From positions 96,001 through 160,000 of the forward strand of contig JBFXJJ010000005.1 of NCBI GenBank assembly GCA_050175015.1: a stretch of DNA of 64,000 nucleotides. The letters are read 5' to 3'. This DNA comes from Alphaproteobacteria bacterium (lineage in GTDB: Bacteria > Pseudomonadota > Alphaproteobacteria > JBFXJJ01). Made by a program: the position numbers and the translations under genes. Shown here piece after piece: positions 1 through 8,378 of the stretch. The notes below the pieces were generated by a model. The model did no database searches. It had not been told where the DNA came from and saw only the letters and a list, made by a program, of their open reading frames with translations. Each line of letters begins with the position of its first letter. Within the stretch, counting starts at the first letter, position 1.

Positions 1-2
1 TA

Positions 3-830
3 TATGGTGCTGGAAATGAATCAATATTAGTTTCTTCAGCTGATTTTATTGATAATTTTAAAATTAATGGATTGCCTTCTTTTATTAGCGAAAATGCGGT
101 AGCGCAAATAGATGCCGCAGAAACATTAATATCTAACGTAATTAGTGTAAAAACAGGCTCACCTATTTCGTTATTAACAAATTATGCGTCAGAAGACTAT
201 ACAACGGCTTCAGATTTTTGTTCTAAAATAACAAGTTTATTCAGTAATTTTACTGCCAATTCATCTTCAAATGGCTCTTCAACAACGTCATCAAGCGAGA
301 CTTCATCAACGAATGATACGTCTTCAACGACTGCTGAAAATGAATATAAGGCCGCTAAAGCTTTATTAAATTATTCAGCAACATCAACAATAGTTGTTTC
401 TTCAGTAACAACAACAGGAAGTACTCTTAATACCAATACTCAAGCTATTAACGATTTAATAGTTCGTAATGCAACTGTAGTTGCGGCCAAAATTTCAACA
501 GAAATAGAATTTACATCATATGATGAAGCTGTTGCTATACGTGATGAAATCATCGAACAAATCAATAATATAATGGAAAAGACAACCTCAGATGATGTTT
601 ACACGGCGTTTGCAAAATTAAAGACAACAGTTAATCAAGACATAACAAGCAGAGGGGCAAACTTAGCTAAGATAGAGAATTTCTCACTTAATAAATCTTT
701 GCCTTCTTTAATTGTTTCCTATAACCGCTATGGTTCTATTGATTATGCTGAAGATATAGCTTCTCGCAACAATGTTGCAAATCCGCTTTTTGTACCAGGT
801 GGTGAAATTCTGGAGGCTTTATCGTCATGA
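3..830 (+). CDS. Mu gp43-like DNA circularization/tail protein, 5'-truncated by window
   Basis: Frame open from base 3; C-terminal 'LPSLIVSYNRYGSID..EDIASRNNVANPLFVPGG' typical of this family; overlaps next tail gene. Confidence 0.8.
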   Translation, partial: YGAGNESILVSSADFIDNFKINGLPSFISENAVAQIDAAETLISNVISVKTGSPISLLTNYASEDYTTASDFCSKITSLFSNFTANSSSNGSSTTSSSETSSTNDTSSTTAENEYKAAKALLNYSATSTIVVSSVTTTGSTLNTNTQAINDLIVRNATVVAAKISTEIEFTSYDEAVAIRDEIIEQINNIMEKTTSDDVYTAFAKLKTTVNQDITSRGANLAKIENFSLNKSLPSLIVSYNRYGSIDYAEDIASRNNVANPLFVPGGEILEALSS

Positions 831-1909
831 GTGAAGTAGCTTCTTTATATATTAATAACAACATTTACAGTGGCTGGACCAGCGTTTCAATAGAACGTTC
901 TATTGAAACTATATCAGGAGGTTTTGATTTATCATTATCTGATCGTTGGTCTGGGCAAGCTGTTCGCTGGGCAATAAAACCAGGAGACGCTTGTGAGGTT
1001 AGACTTGATAATGAAGTTGTAATTACGGGATATGTTGATGATGTTAATCCTGATATATCTTCTGATAGTTACACTGTTTCAGTATCTGGCCGTGATAAAA
1101 CAGGAGATTTAGTTGATTGTTCGGCAATTCATTCTCCTGATGAATGGTCTAATCTTTCATTGCAAGAGCTTGCCACAAAAATAGCTGCTCCTTTTGGTAT
1201 AAATGTAAAAGTAAATGATACTACAGGATCCAATTTTGAAAAGTTTAAAATCCAGCAAGGAGAACCAGCTTTTGAGGCGATAGACCGTCTTTGTAAAATG
1301 CGGGCGATAATGCCAATATCTGATGGCAAAGGTAATATAATAATAACTAGAGCTGGAACTGCTACAGCTAGCGAAGCACTGGTTGAAGGCAAGAATTTAC
1401 TTAATATTTCGCCTAGATTTACACATAGAGAACGCTTTTCTCAATATACAGTAAAAGCTCAAGCTCCTGGCCTTGATGGAATGTCAGCAGAAGATTCCGC
1501 TCAAGTTGTAGGAACAGCTAAAGATAATGGCATTTTAAGATATAGGCCATTAATGATTATTGCTGATGACAATGCCAACGGTGTTTCTGCATCAACAAGA
1601 GCAGGCTGGGAAGCAACGGTTAGAGCAGCAAGAGCTACAACATTTAATGTATCTGTTCAGGGGTGGAAAATGAACAATGGTAAATTGTGGCCAATAAATG
1701 CTCTAACGCAATTTACAAGTGATACCCTTGGCATAGAAAAACAAACCTTGCTCATTGTTTCGACTAATTTTTCTAAAGATGAACAAGGTACTAGAACCAA
1801 CATGGTTTTGACACGCCCTGATGCTTATTCTTTGATTTCGGAAGTCAAAAAAGGGAAATCTGGCAGTGCTTCTGGTTTACCTGCAAATACAGAATATGTG
1901 AAAGGGTAG
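827..1909 (+). CDS. Mu gp44/P-like baseplate hub protein
   Basis: 'YSGWTSVSIERSIE', 'ITGYVD', 'SGRDKTGDLVDCSA', 'VQGW...LWPIN' motifs. Confidence 0.9.
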   Translation: MSEVASLYINNNIYSGWTSVSIERSIETISGGFDLSLSDRWSGQAVRWAIKPGDACEVRLDNEVVITGYVDDVNPDISSDSYTVSVSGRDKTGDLVDCSAIHSPDEWSNLSLQELATKIAAPFGINVKVNDTTGSNFEKFKIQQGEPAFEAIDRLCKMRAIMPISDGKGNIIITRAGTATASEALVEGKNLLNISPRFTHRERFSQYTVKAQAPGLDGMSAEDSAQVVGTAKDNGILRYRPLMIIADDNANGVSASTRAGWEATVRAARATTFNVSVQGWKMNNGKLWPINALTQFTSDTLGIEKQTLLIVSTNFSKDEQGTRTNMVLTRPDAYSLISEVKKGKSGSASGLPANTEYVKG

Positions 1910-1913
1910 TTGT

Positions 1914-2504
1914 ATGACAAATATTATGCATATGATTAATAAAGCAACAGCTGTTTTACGACAAAGAGTAATGTTAATGGTTGCTCGTGGTGTTGTTCAG
2001 TTGATTAATGATAAATCTGGCATACAAAATATTCAAGTAACGCTTCTGGCTGATGAAATAAGAGATAATGTTGAAAGGTTCCAAAATTATGGCTTTTCTT
2101 CCGTTCCTTTGTCAGGAGCTGAAGCCGCAGTTGTTTTTGTAGGCGGTAATAGAAGTCATGGGCTTGCTATTGCTATTGATGATCGCCGTTATAGGTTAAA
2201 AAACTTAGCAGCTGGAGAAGTTGCTATATATACAGACGAAGGCGACAGTATAACACTTAAACGAGGCAAAATTATTAATGTAAATACTGAGACATTGAAT
2301 ATAACAGCTTCAAATTCCGTTAATTTTACAACTCCATCCATAAATACAACAGGTTTAATAAAAGCAGATGGCGATATTACAGATAATAGCTCGTCAAACA
2401 CCAATAGTATGTCAACAATGCGGGATATATATAATACGCACACTCACCCTGAAAATAATTTAACAAGCGGTTCAACAGATGTACCTAATGAGGTTATGTC
2501 ATGA
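1914..2504 (+). CDS. Mu gp45/gpV-like baseplate spike protein
   Basis: 'VERFQNYGFSSVP..GAEA', 'DDRRYR...GEVAIY', C-terminal HTH (HxH) metal motif. Confidence 0.9.
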   Translation: MTNIMHMINKATAVLRQRVMLMVARGVVQLINDKSGIQNIQVTLLADEIRDNVERFQNYGFSSVPLSGAEAAVVFVGGNRSHGLAIAIDDRRYRLKNLAAGEVAIYTDEGDSITLKRGKIINVNTETLNITASNSVNFTTPSINTTGLIKADGDITDNSSSNTNSMSTMRDIYNTHTHPENNLTSGSTDVPNEVMS

Positions 2505-2953
2505 GCGATGTAGGAATTATTTTTGACACTTCAACTCTAACAGGAGATATCCAAGTTGTTGATGGCGACTTGGCAGTTGATAGCACGTTAAAAACAGCGG
2601 TAATACTCTCTTTATTTTCTGATCGAAGGGCAGATGATACAGATGAAAGACCTAAAGGTAGCAGTTATCGAGGCTGGTGGGCTGATGCCTTAGGATCTGA
2701 TAAATTTGGAAGCAAGTTATGGCTATTAGCTAGAGCAAAACATACCGAAGAAACGAGAAGCAGAGCAGAAGATTATGCCAAACAGGCTTTAGAATGGCTC
2801 ATTGATGATGAAATAGCTGCTTTAGTAGAAGTTACAGCTGAATGGTTATCTCAAGAAATATTGGCGATTGAAGTGGTCATAACTAAAGGAGATGGAACGG
2901 TTGAAAATTATCAATTTAGCAACATATGGGAGGAAATAATCAATGGCATATAG
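2501..2953 (+). CDS. Mu gp46-like baseplate protein
   Basis: 'TAVILSLFSDRRA', 'RGWWAD', 'GSKLWLL.R.K'. Confidence 0.9.
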   Translation: MSDVGIIFDTSTLTGDIQVVDGDLAVDSTLKTAVILSLFSDRRADDTDERPKGSSYRGWWADALGSDKFGSKLWLLARAKHTEETRSRAEDYAKQALEWLIDDEIAALVEVTAEWLSQEILAIEVVITKGDGTVENYQFSNIWEEIINGI

Positions 2954-4010
2954 TCGCCCTACATTATCAGAAATTGTTGAAAGCATAGATGCTGATTTAA
3001 CGTCTCGCCTTGCTGAAACCGATACATTGCTAAAACGTTCCATATTATATGTTATTTCGCGTGTTTTGGGTGGAGTTGCCTATTTGCTTTATGGCTTTGG
3101 CGAGTGGATTTCAAAACAGATAATTCCAAGGACTTCTGATGAAGAAAATTTAAAGTTACATGCTTCTTGGTGGGGAATTACTCAAAAACCAGCGACAGCA
3201 GCGGAAGGATATGCAATCTTTTCAGGCGTTGAGAATAGCATAATTCCTGCTGGTTCATTACTAAAGTCAACGAGCAATGGCTTACAATATAGTGTGAATG
3301 CTGACGCAACAATATCGGGTAGCAGTGTTCAAACTATGGTTACCTGTATAACCGTTGGAGTTGACGGCAATTTAGATGCTGGCAGTTCATTAAGTATGAT
3401 ATCACCGATAGCAGGTGTAAACTCTTCTGTTACTGTAGCAAGTGAAGGCATAACTTCAGGCACAGATAAAGAAAATATAGATAGTTTATTATCAAGACTA
3501 GAAAATAGGGTTCAATCACCTCCGCATGGTGGAAATGAGGAAGATTATGTGACTTGGGCAAAGGAAGTTTCTGGTGTAACTAGGGCATGGGTTTTTCCTA
3601 AAGAAATGGGAGATGGAACGGTTACTGTTAGATTTGTTATGGACGACAAAGAAGATACATTGATACCAACAGAAATTGAAGTTCAAAAAGTTCAAGAATA
3701 TATAGATGATGCAAGACCTGTTACAGCAGATGTATATGTTGTAGCTCCTGTAGCAGTTCCCATTAATTTCACAATAAATATCAGCCCCTCAACAGTCGCA
3801 GTTAAAAGTGCGGTAATTGCTGAAATCAAAGAGCTTTTTATAAGAGAAGCAGAACCAGGTAAGGTAATCCTTAAATCTCATATCGATGAAGCAATATCTA
3901 TCGCAACAGGAGAAGAAGATCACAAAATTGTAAGTCCAACAGAAGATATAAGCGTTGAAACTGGTGAAATTGCTACCTTTGGAACAATAACTTGGGGGGC
4001 TATGGAATAA
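2943..4010 (+). CDS. Baseplate J / Mu gp47 family protein
   Basis: 'PPHGGN..DY..WA.EV.GV.RAWV.P', 'GTVTV'. Confidence 0.9.
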   Translation: MAYSRPTLSEIVESIDADLTSRLAETDTLLKRSILYVISRVLGGVAYLLYGFGEWISKQIIPRTSDEENLKLHASWWGITQKPATAAEGYAIFSGVENSIIPAGSLLKSTSNGLQYSVNADATISGSSVQTMVTCITVGVDGNLDAGSSLSMISPIAGVNSSVTVASEGITSGTDKENIDSLLSRLENRVQSPPHGGNEEDYVTWAKEVSGVTRAWVFPKEMGDGTVTVRFVMDDKEDTLIPTEIEVQKVQEYIDDARPVTADVYVVAPVAVPINFTINISPSTVAVKSAVIAEIKELFIREAEPGKVILKSHIDEAISIATGEEDHKIVSPTEDISVETGEIATFGTITWGAME

Positions 4011-4618
4011 TGGTTAGTAAAGCTAATATTCAAGATTATGTATCAGCTGAACAATCACTATTGCCTAGTGGTTCGGCGTGGAATACTGAAAGTTCTTCAA
4101 CGTTAACAAAATTACTAACAGCATTAGCAGAAACGTGGGTTCGTATTCATAATAAATTTTGCAGAATAAGAGACGAAGCTGATCCAAGAAACACTCTAGA
4201 ATTATTAGAAGACTGGGAAACTTTTTGTGGGCTTCCTGATAAATGTTCTTCAGCAGTCTCAACGACGTTACAAGAGCGTCGAAAAGCCCTAGTTAATCAT
4301 CTAACAGCAAGAGGAAGCCAGAGCATATCTTTCTTCAAAAATATTGTAAAAACGCTTGAATATTCAGCGGACATAAAAGAATACAGGCCGTTTATTGCAG
4401 GAATATCTAAATGTGGTGATGTTTTAGAAGGAGCTCCTAATAATAGACACCATTGGAGAGTTACTATAAATGAGCCAAGGTTGACAAGCTTTAGATGCGG
4501 AGCAAGTCAAATTGGCGATAAGTTAGGAAAAATCACTTATGCCAGTGATTTAGAATGTGTACTGGATAGATTAAAACCAGCTCAAACCGTTTTACATTTT
4601 GAATATAAAGGAGAATAA
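4010..4618 (+). CDS. Mu gp48 / YmfQ (DUF2313) family tail protein
   Basis: 'LLP.G.AW', 'EADP....ELL.DWE...GLPD.C', 'LECVL.RLKPAQT'; ATG at 4010 overlaps gp47 stop. Confidence 0.85.
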   Translation: MVSKANIQDYVSAEQSLLPSGSAWNTESSSTLTKLLTALAETWVRIHNKFCRIRDEADPRNTLELLEDWETFCGLPDKCSSAVSTTLQERRKALVNHLTARGSQSISFFKNIVKTLEYSADIKEYRPFIAGISKCGDVLEGAPNNRHHWRVTINEPRLTSFRCGASQIGDKLGKITYASDLECVLDRLKPAQTVLHFEYKGE

Positions 4619-4620
4619 AT

Positions 4621-5613
4621 ATGAAATACCAACCACCAGTTGGCGGTAGTGATGATGCTAGTTATGTTGATGCTAATCCATCAACAGGAGTTGAAGGCTC
4701 GCCTGTGCCAGCCGCCGCTATTGAATACCCTATGCGAGAAATTATCAATGTTATTGAGGCTGCGGGATTAACTCCAAGCAATGAAGAGTTGGATCAATTA
4801 AAAACCGCAATTCTGGCAATTATAAATGCTAATATGCCAAGCAACCTAGGAACCGCTGCGGGCTATAATGTCGGTTCAGAAAACGGAGAACTGCCGACGA
4901 ATGCAATAGTTAGCGCTGATTTAGCAACAAAGCTCGATAAAGCTATGGTTAGAAATATGATAACAACCGCTGATATTTCGAGTGTTGATGCCAATAATAT
5001 ATATTGGTTTTTTAACACAACATCTCAAGGGGCTCGAACATTAACTATCAGCGATGCAGATTTGGAAGTTGGAGAGAAAATTATAATTAGCCGTTATAAT
5101 ACAGGGGCTGCAACTTTAGTTCTTAATGATGTTAATGCTCTGTTAAACGGCGTTTATTATGCCGCTGGTAGTTCAATTTCTTTAGAGAAATATGAATCAT
5201 TTGAGGTTGTAAAATATCACACATCAAACGTATGTATTATTGGACAACGTCGCCCCGCTACACAGGTTGAAGCAGATGCGGGAACAGATGATGTCTTTCC
5301 AATAACATCGCTAAAGCTTTCTCAAATATTGTCAGATTTGCCAAAATATGATGGCGTTGCACCAGTTACAGACAAAGTCAAGGCCACAACATATATTGCA
5401 GAGACGGTTGGAATATTGGTTATAACTGTTGCTAATTACAATGGAGCTGCGACGATAAAAATTGGAGCAACGGAAGCTTCAATCACAGTCGCGACAGTAC
5501 AGGCAACAGGCTATGTGTATAACCAAGCAGCGGCAGCACTTGTCCCAAAAGGATATAGATATCAAGTTGATTATTCGGGGACCGTTAATATTGTTTGGCA
5601 ACCATTAAATTAA
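4621..5613 (+). CDS. Phage tail fibre protein
   Basis: Position after gp48; N-terminal 'GS.VPAAAIEYPMREI.NVI..AGLTPS..L.QL..AI' fibre attachment segment; variable C-terminus. Confidence 0.8.
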   Translation: MKYQPPVGGSDDASYVDANPSTGVEGSPVPAAAIEYPMREIINVIEAAGLTPSNEELDQLKTAILAIINANMPSNLGTAAGYNVGSENGELPTNAIVSADLATKLDKAMVRNMITTADISSVDANNIYWFFNTTSQGARTLTISDADLEVGEKIIISRYNTGAATLVLNDVNALLNGVYYAAGSSISLEKYESFEVVKYHTSNVCIIGQRRPATQVEADAGTDDVFPITSLKLSQILSDLPKYDGVAPVTDKVKATTYIAETVGILVITVANYNGAATIKIGATEASITVATVQATGYVYNQAAAALVPKGYRYQVDYSGTVNIVWQPLN

Positions 5614-5625
5614 AGGGGAAAAATT

Positions 5626-5991
5626 ATGATACAAGGTTATACAACAAAAAATGCTAGTATTGTCAGGTTTTTTGAGATTAAAAACTTGGATACAATAGCA
5701 AGTCAGGACGAAGAAATGGTCATCATAGAAGATAGAGCCGAGTTTGAGCTAATCCGAAACACATATTTTCAACAAGAAAAATATAATAATCACGACATTC
5801 AGGCATTGTCTGATAGACAGCAGGAATATAGAGAGTTAAACGCAACTTTACTTGGTCTTGTTCAGATCGGGGAAGCTACACAAGAAGAATATGAAAATGC
5901 CTGCAACGCAATCAAAACGACATATCCTAAATTAGAAGAAATGACACTTGAACAAAAACAAACAATGTATCCGCTTTTAAATTTAACTTAA
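5626..5991 (+). CDS. Hypothetical phage protein, possible tail fibre assembly chaperone
   Basis: RBS AAGGGG; directly after fibre gene; 'C.AIK..YPK' C-terminal motif. Confidence 0.5.
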   Translation: MIQGYTTKNASIVRFFEIKNLDTIASQDEEMVIIEDRAEFELIRNTYFQQEKYNNHDIQALSDRQQEYRELNATLLGLVQIGEATQEEYENACNAIKTTYPKLEEMTLEQKQTMYPLLNLT

Positions 5992-6004
5992 ATAATGTTT
6001 TTTT

Positions 6005-6112
6005 GCCCTGTTTTTTAAAAAAAGACGGGGCTTTGGTGCTGTAACACCTCAGCCGAAAGTGTTGTGACTTTCATGTTTTTTAAACACCCGTCTTATCTCA
6101 TGCACGAGACGG
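6005..6112 (+). promoter_or_regulatory. Structured leader upstream of phage methylase
   Basis: Hairpin GGCT-TT-GGTG-CTGTAA-CACC-TC-AGCC (6029-6054); CCCGTCTT (6087-6094) complementary to both AAGACGGG (6022-6029) and GAGACGG (6106-6112). Confidence 0.45.
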
Positions 6113-6135
6113 AACAACAATGGAACAAAATAACT

Positions 6136-6963
6136 ATGAAAGCAACAAATTTTGATGAAGTAAAACCAGTGATACCAGCCGCACCTTACGTCGGAGGCAA
6201 GAAAAACCTAGCCAAAACGATAATTTCTAGGATTGAAAATATTCCACACAAGCTATATGCCGAGCCGTTTGTTGGTATGGGCGGTGTCTTTTTAAGACGA
6301 AGACTCGCTTCAAAGTCGGAAGTTATTAATGACATCAATGGAGAGGTCTATAATTTTTTTCGGATACTTCAAAAACATTACCCTTATTTTATGGATATTC
6401 TTAAATTCAGACTAGCAAGCCGCAAAGAGTTTGAGCGACTTTTGAAAGAAAAGCCCGAAACGCTAACAGATTTAGAGCGTGCCGCAAGATTTTTATATCT
6501 GCAAAGAACGGCTTTTGGAGGTAAAGTTACAGATCAGCATTTCGGCATTACTACAAGCAGAAGTTCGAGGTTTGATATAACAAAACTAGGGCCTATGCTC
6601 GATGACCTTCATTCAAGGTTATCAGGGGTTGTTATCGAGTGCCTACCATATCAAGACTTTATTCCTCGTTATGATCGAGCAGAAACACTATTTTACTTAG
6701 ATCCTCCATATTATAATTGTGAGGATTACTACGGTAAAAATGTATTTAATAAAGATGATTTTGAGCGTTTAGCGGAGCTTTTAAGTGTCATTAAAGGCAA
6801 GTTTATAATGTCGTTAAATGACACTCCTGAAGTTCGTAAAATCTTTAAGAATTTTGAAATTAATAGCGTTGACTGTCGCTATACCCTATGCGGAAGTCCA
6901 AAATCTAGCATATTCAAAGAGGTGATAATCGAAGGAGGTGGTAAATATGCCATAGCGGCTTAA
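6136..6963 (+). CDS. DNA adenine methyltransferase (D12/Dam class)
   Basis: 'PYVGGK', 'YAEPFVGMGGV', 'EVINDIN', catalytic 'YLDPPY'; start ATG 6136 preferred over GTG 6064. Confidence 0.92.
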   Translation: MKATNFDEVKPVIPAAPYVGGKKNLAKTIISRIENIPHKLYAEPFVGMGGVFLRRRLASKSEVINDINGEVYNFFRILQKHYPYFMDILKFRLASRKEFERLLKEKPETLTDLERAARFLYLQRTAFGGKVTDQHFGITTSRSSRFDITKLGPMLDDLHSRLSGVVIECLPYQDFIPRYDRAETLFYLDPPYYNCEDYYGKNVFNKDDFERLAELLSVIKGKFIMSLNDTPEVRKIFKNFEINSVDCRYTLCGSPKSSIFKEVIIEGGGKYAIAA

Positions 6964-7062
6964 AATCCGCTGAAAAATAGCAGAATAGTTTTAATGTTTT
7001 ACAAACTACAACCAGAGGTGATAATATTGTCTCTGGTTTAGTTAATGATATTAAGGTGTGAT

Positions 7063-7590
7063 ATGGAAGAGAAAATATTTGAAATAAATCTAGATTTGAA
7101 TAGAACAGTATATATGAAAGGAAAGTCTACCGAACATTATGAAATAGTGTTAGTTGACGCAAAGAAGTTCTTAAACAATGCAAACATTGATAGTAGATGT
7201 TCGAATATTTTAGGAGATAACGTAAGTGGACATTACTATAAATGGAAATATAGGTTTGCAGAAGCAGGTTTCTTTTATGGTATTAAAAATCCAGTTCCTT
7301 CAGGAAATTTAAACTATTTTTTGAAAAATGAACCCTTTAAAACAGAAAAAAAGTGTAAAGAAGTTATATTAGATTTTTTTCTAAAAAGAAAAAGGCAAGT
7401 TAAAGCCAACCAAAACTTGGTATGCGGATTTGGAGATGGGGCAACAAGAACTCATTTCTTATTATTAAATGAGGCAGAATATTTCCCTATTTTATGTGAT
7501 CGCACATCGGCAGAAAATTTTAGAAGCGATTTTGGGTATAATGGAAAAGTGGAGCTTTTAGATGGTTGTTATAAGATTGTTAGAAAATAA
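7063..7590 (+). CDS. Plasmid fertility-inhibition factor (FipA-like) protein, prophage cargo
   Basis: Motifs 'VYM', 'VLVDAKKFL', 'KY..AEAGF..G.KNPVP', 'DG.TRT..LL....FPI.C' recalled from IncN FipA family. Confidence 0.6.
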   Translation: MEEKIFEINLDLNRTVYMKGKSTEHYEIVLVDAKKFLNNANIDSRCSNILGDNVSGHYYKWKYRFAEAGFFYGIKNPVPSGNLNYFLKNEPFKTEKKCKEVILDFFLKRKRQVKANQNLVCGFGDGATRTHFLLLNEAEYFPILCDRTSAENFRSDFGYNGKVELLDGCYKIVRK

Positions 7591-7621
7591 CCTTTAACTC
7601 CATATTTAATAGCATCTTTAC

Positions 7622-7668
7622 ATGCAAAACTACTTGGCGCAATATGTAAAACTACTTGGCGCGCTACA
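7622..7668 (+). repeat. Transposable-phage right end: two 19-bp direct repeats plus terminal CA
   Basis: ATGCAAAACTACTTGGCGC (7622-7640) and ATGTAAAACTACTTGGCGC (7644-7662), 22-bp period, followed by GCTACA ending at 7668. Confidence 0.8.
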
Positions 7669-7729
7669 AAAAGGATACGTTTTTTTATAAAAATATTACC
7701 TAGGTGCAGAACTTAATGGGTTTTAAACT

Positions 7730-7758
7730 AAAAAAGCCTAGCTCGAAAGCTAGGCTTT
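7730..7758 (-). terminator. Rho-independent terminator of tRNA-Ser
   Basis: AAAGCCTAGC-TCGAAA-GCTAGGCTTT hairpin with U-tract on minus strand. Confidence 0.8.
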
Positions 7759-7762
7759 AAAA

Positions 7763-7852
7763 TGGCGGAGGGGGTGGGATTCGAACCCACGGTGGGCGTA
7801 AACCCACGCCGGTTTTCAAGACCGGTGTATTCAACCACTCTACCACCCCTCC
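7763..7852 (-). tRNA. tRNA-Ser(TGA)
   Basis: 90 nt GGAGGGG...CCCCTCCGCCA; anticodon arm CCGGT-CTTGAAA-ACCGG; long variable arm; GTTCGAATC T-loop. Confidence 0.97.
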
Positions 7853-8004
7853 AAAGGATGATGTGATTTGTTATAAACTAATTCAAAAAAAACAAAAAGC
7901 AAGAAAAATTTGCTCATATAGCAATTATTTTTTTGATAATGTTCTAAACTTAATGGTATAAATGTCATTAAATAGTTCTTAATCGTTACATTAGGAGAAA
8001 AAAT

Positions 8005-8373
8005 ATGGCTAAAGAAAAAAAAGAAACCGAAGAAAACAAAGTAGAAAAAGAAGAAGAAACTAAAAAAGAAAGCAACTCAGAAAAAGATGAAAGCAAAAAA
8101 GAGACTAAAAGCACTTGCTCTAAAGAAGATCCTATGAAGGAAATTAAGGAAAAAGCAGAATCTCTTTTTAATGTTTTTGCAGGAAAAGCTAAAGAACAAG
8201 TTCAAAAAGCTCAAGAGCTTGCCGAAAAGCATCAGGTTAAAGAAAAATTTGTAAAAGGTCTTGTCGTTTTAAGCAGCAAACTTAATGAAAAAGCTTTGGA
8301 GTTAGAAAAAAAAGTCAATGAAACCAAACCTTCAGATGAAAAAGCTGAAGAAAAAGGTGAAGATAAAAAATAA
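8005..8373 (+). CDS. Hypothetical Lys/Glu-rich protein
   Basis: RBS AGGAG before ATG; highly charged, helical composition. Confidence 0.7.
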   Translation: MAKEKKETEENKVEKEEETKKESNSEKDESKKETKSTCSKEDPMKEIKEKAESLFNVFAGKAKEQVQKAQELAEKHQVKEKFVKGLVVLSSKLNEKALELEKKVNETKPSDEKAEEKGEDKK

Positions 8374-8378
8374 TTTTT

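Larger units (their letters stand above)
1..7668 (+). mobile_element. Mu-like (transposable) prophage, tail/right end; continues upstream of window
   Basis: Syntenic Mu gp43-gp48-like genes, tail fibre, DNA methylase; terminal GCGCTACA preceded by two 19-bp direct repeats. Confidence 0.9.

Noticed and set aside
1-5991. Standalone tailocin or contractile injection system
   Set aside because: Methylase and transposable-phage end repeats favour a Mu-like prophage, although head genes are outside the window and cannot be confirmed.
5995-6135. Com-like zinc-finger translational activator gene
   Set aside because: Only a 7-codon ORF (MFFCPVF) is present; no paired CxxC motifs.
7668-7852. Prophage integrated at tRNA-Ser by an integrase
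   Set aside because: Phage genes are Mu-like and end in a transposon-type CA terminus about 60 bp beyond the intact tRNA terminator; no att duplication is seen.
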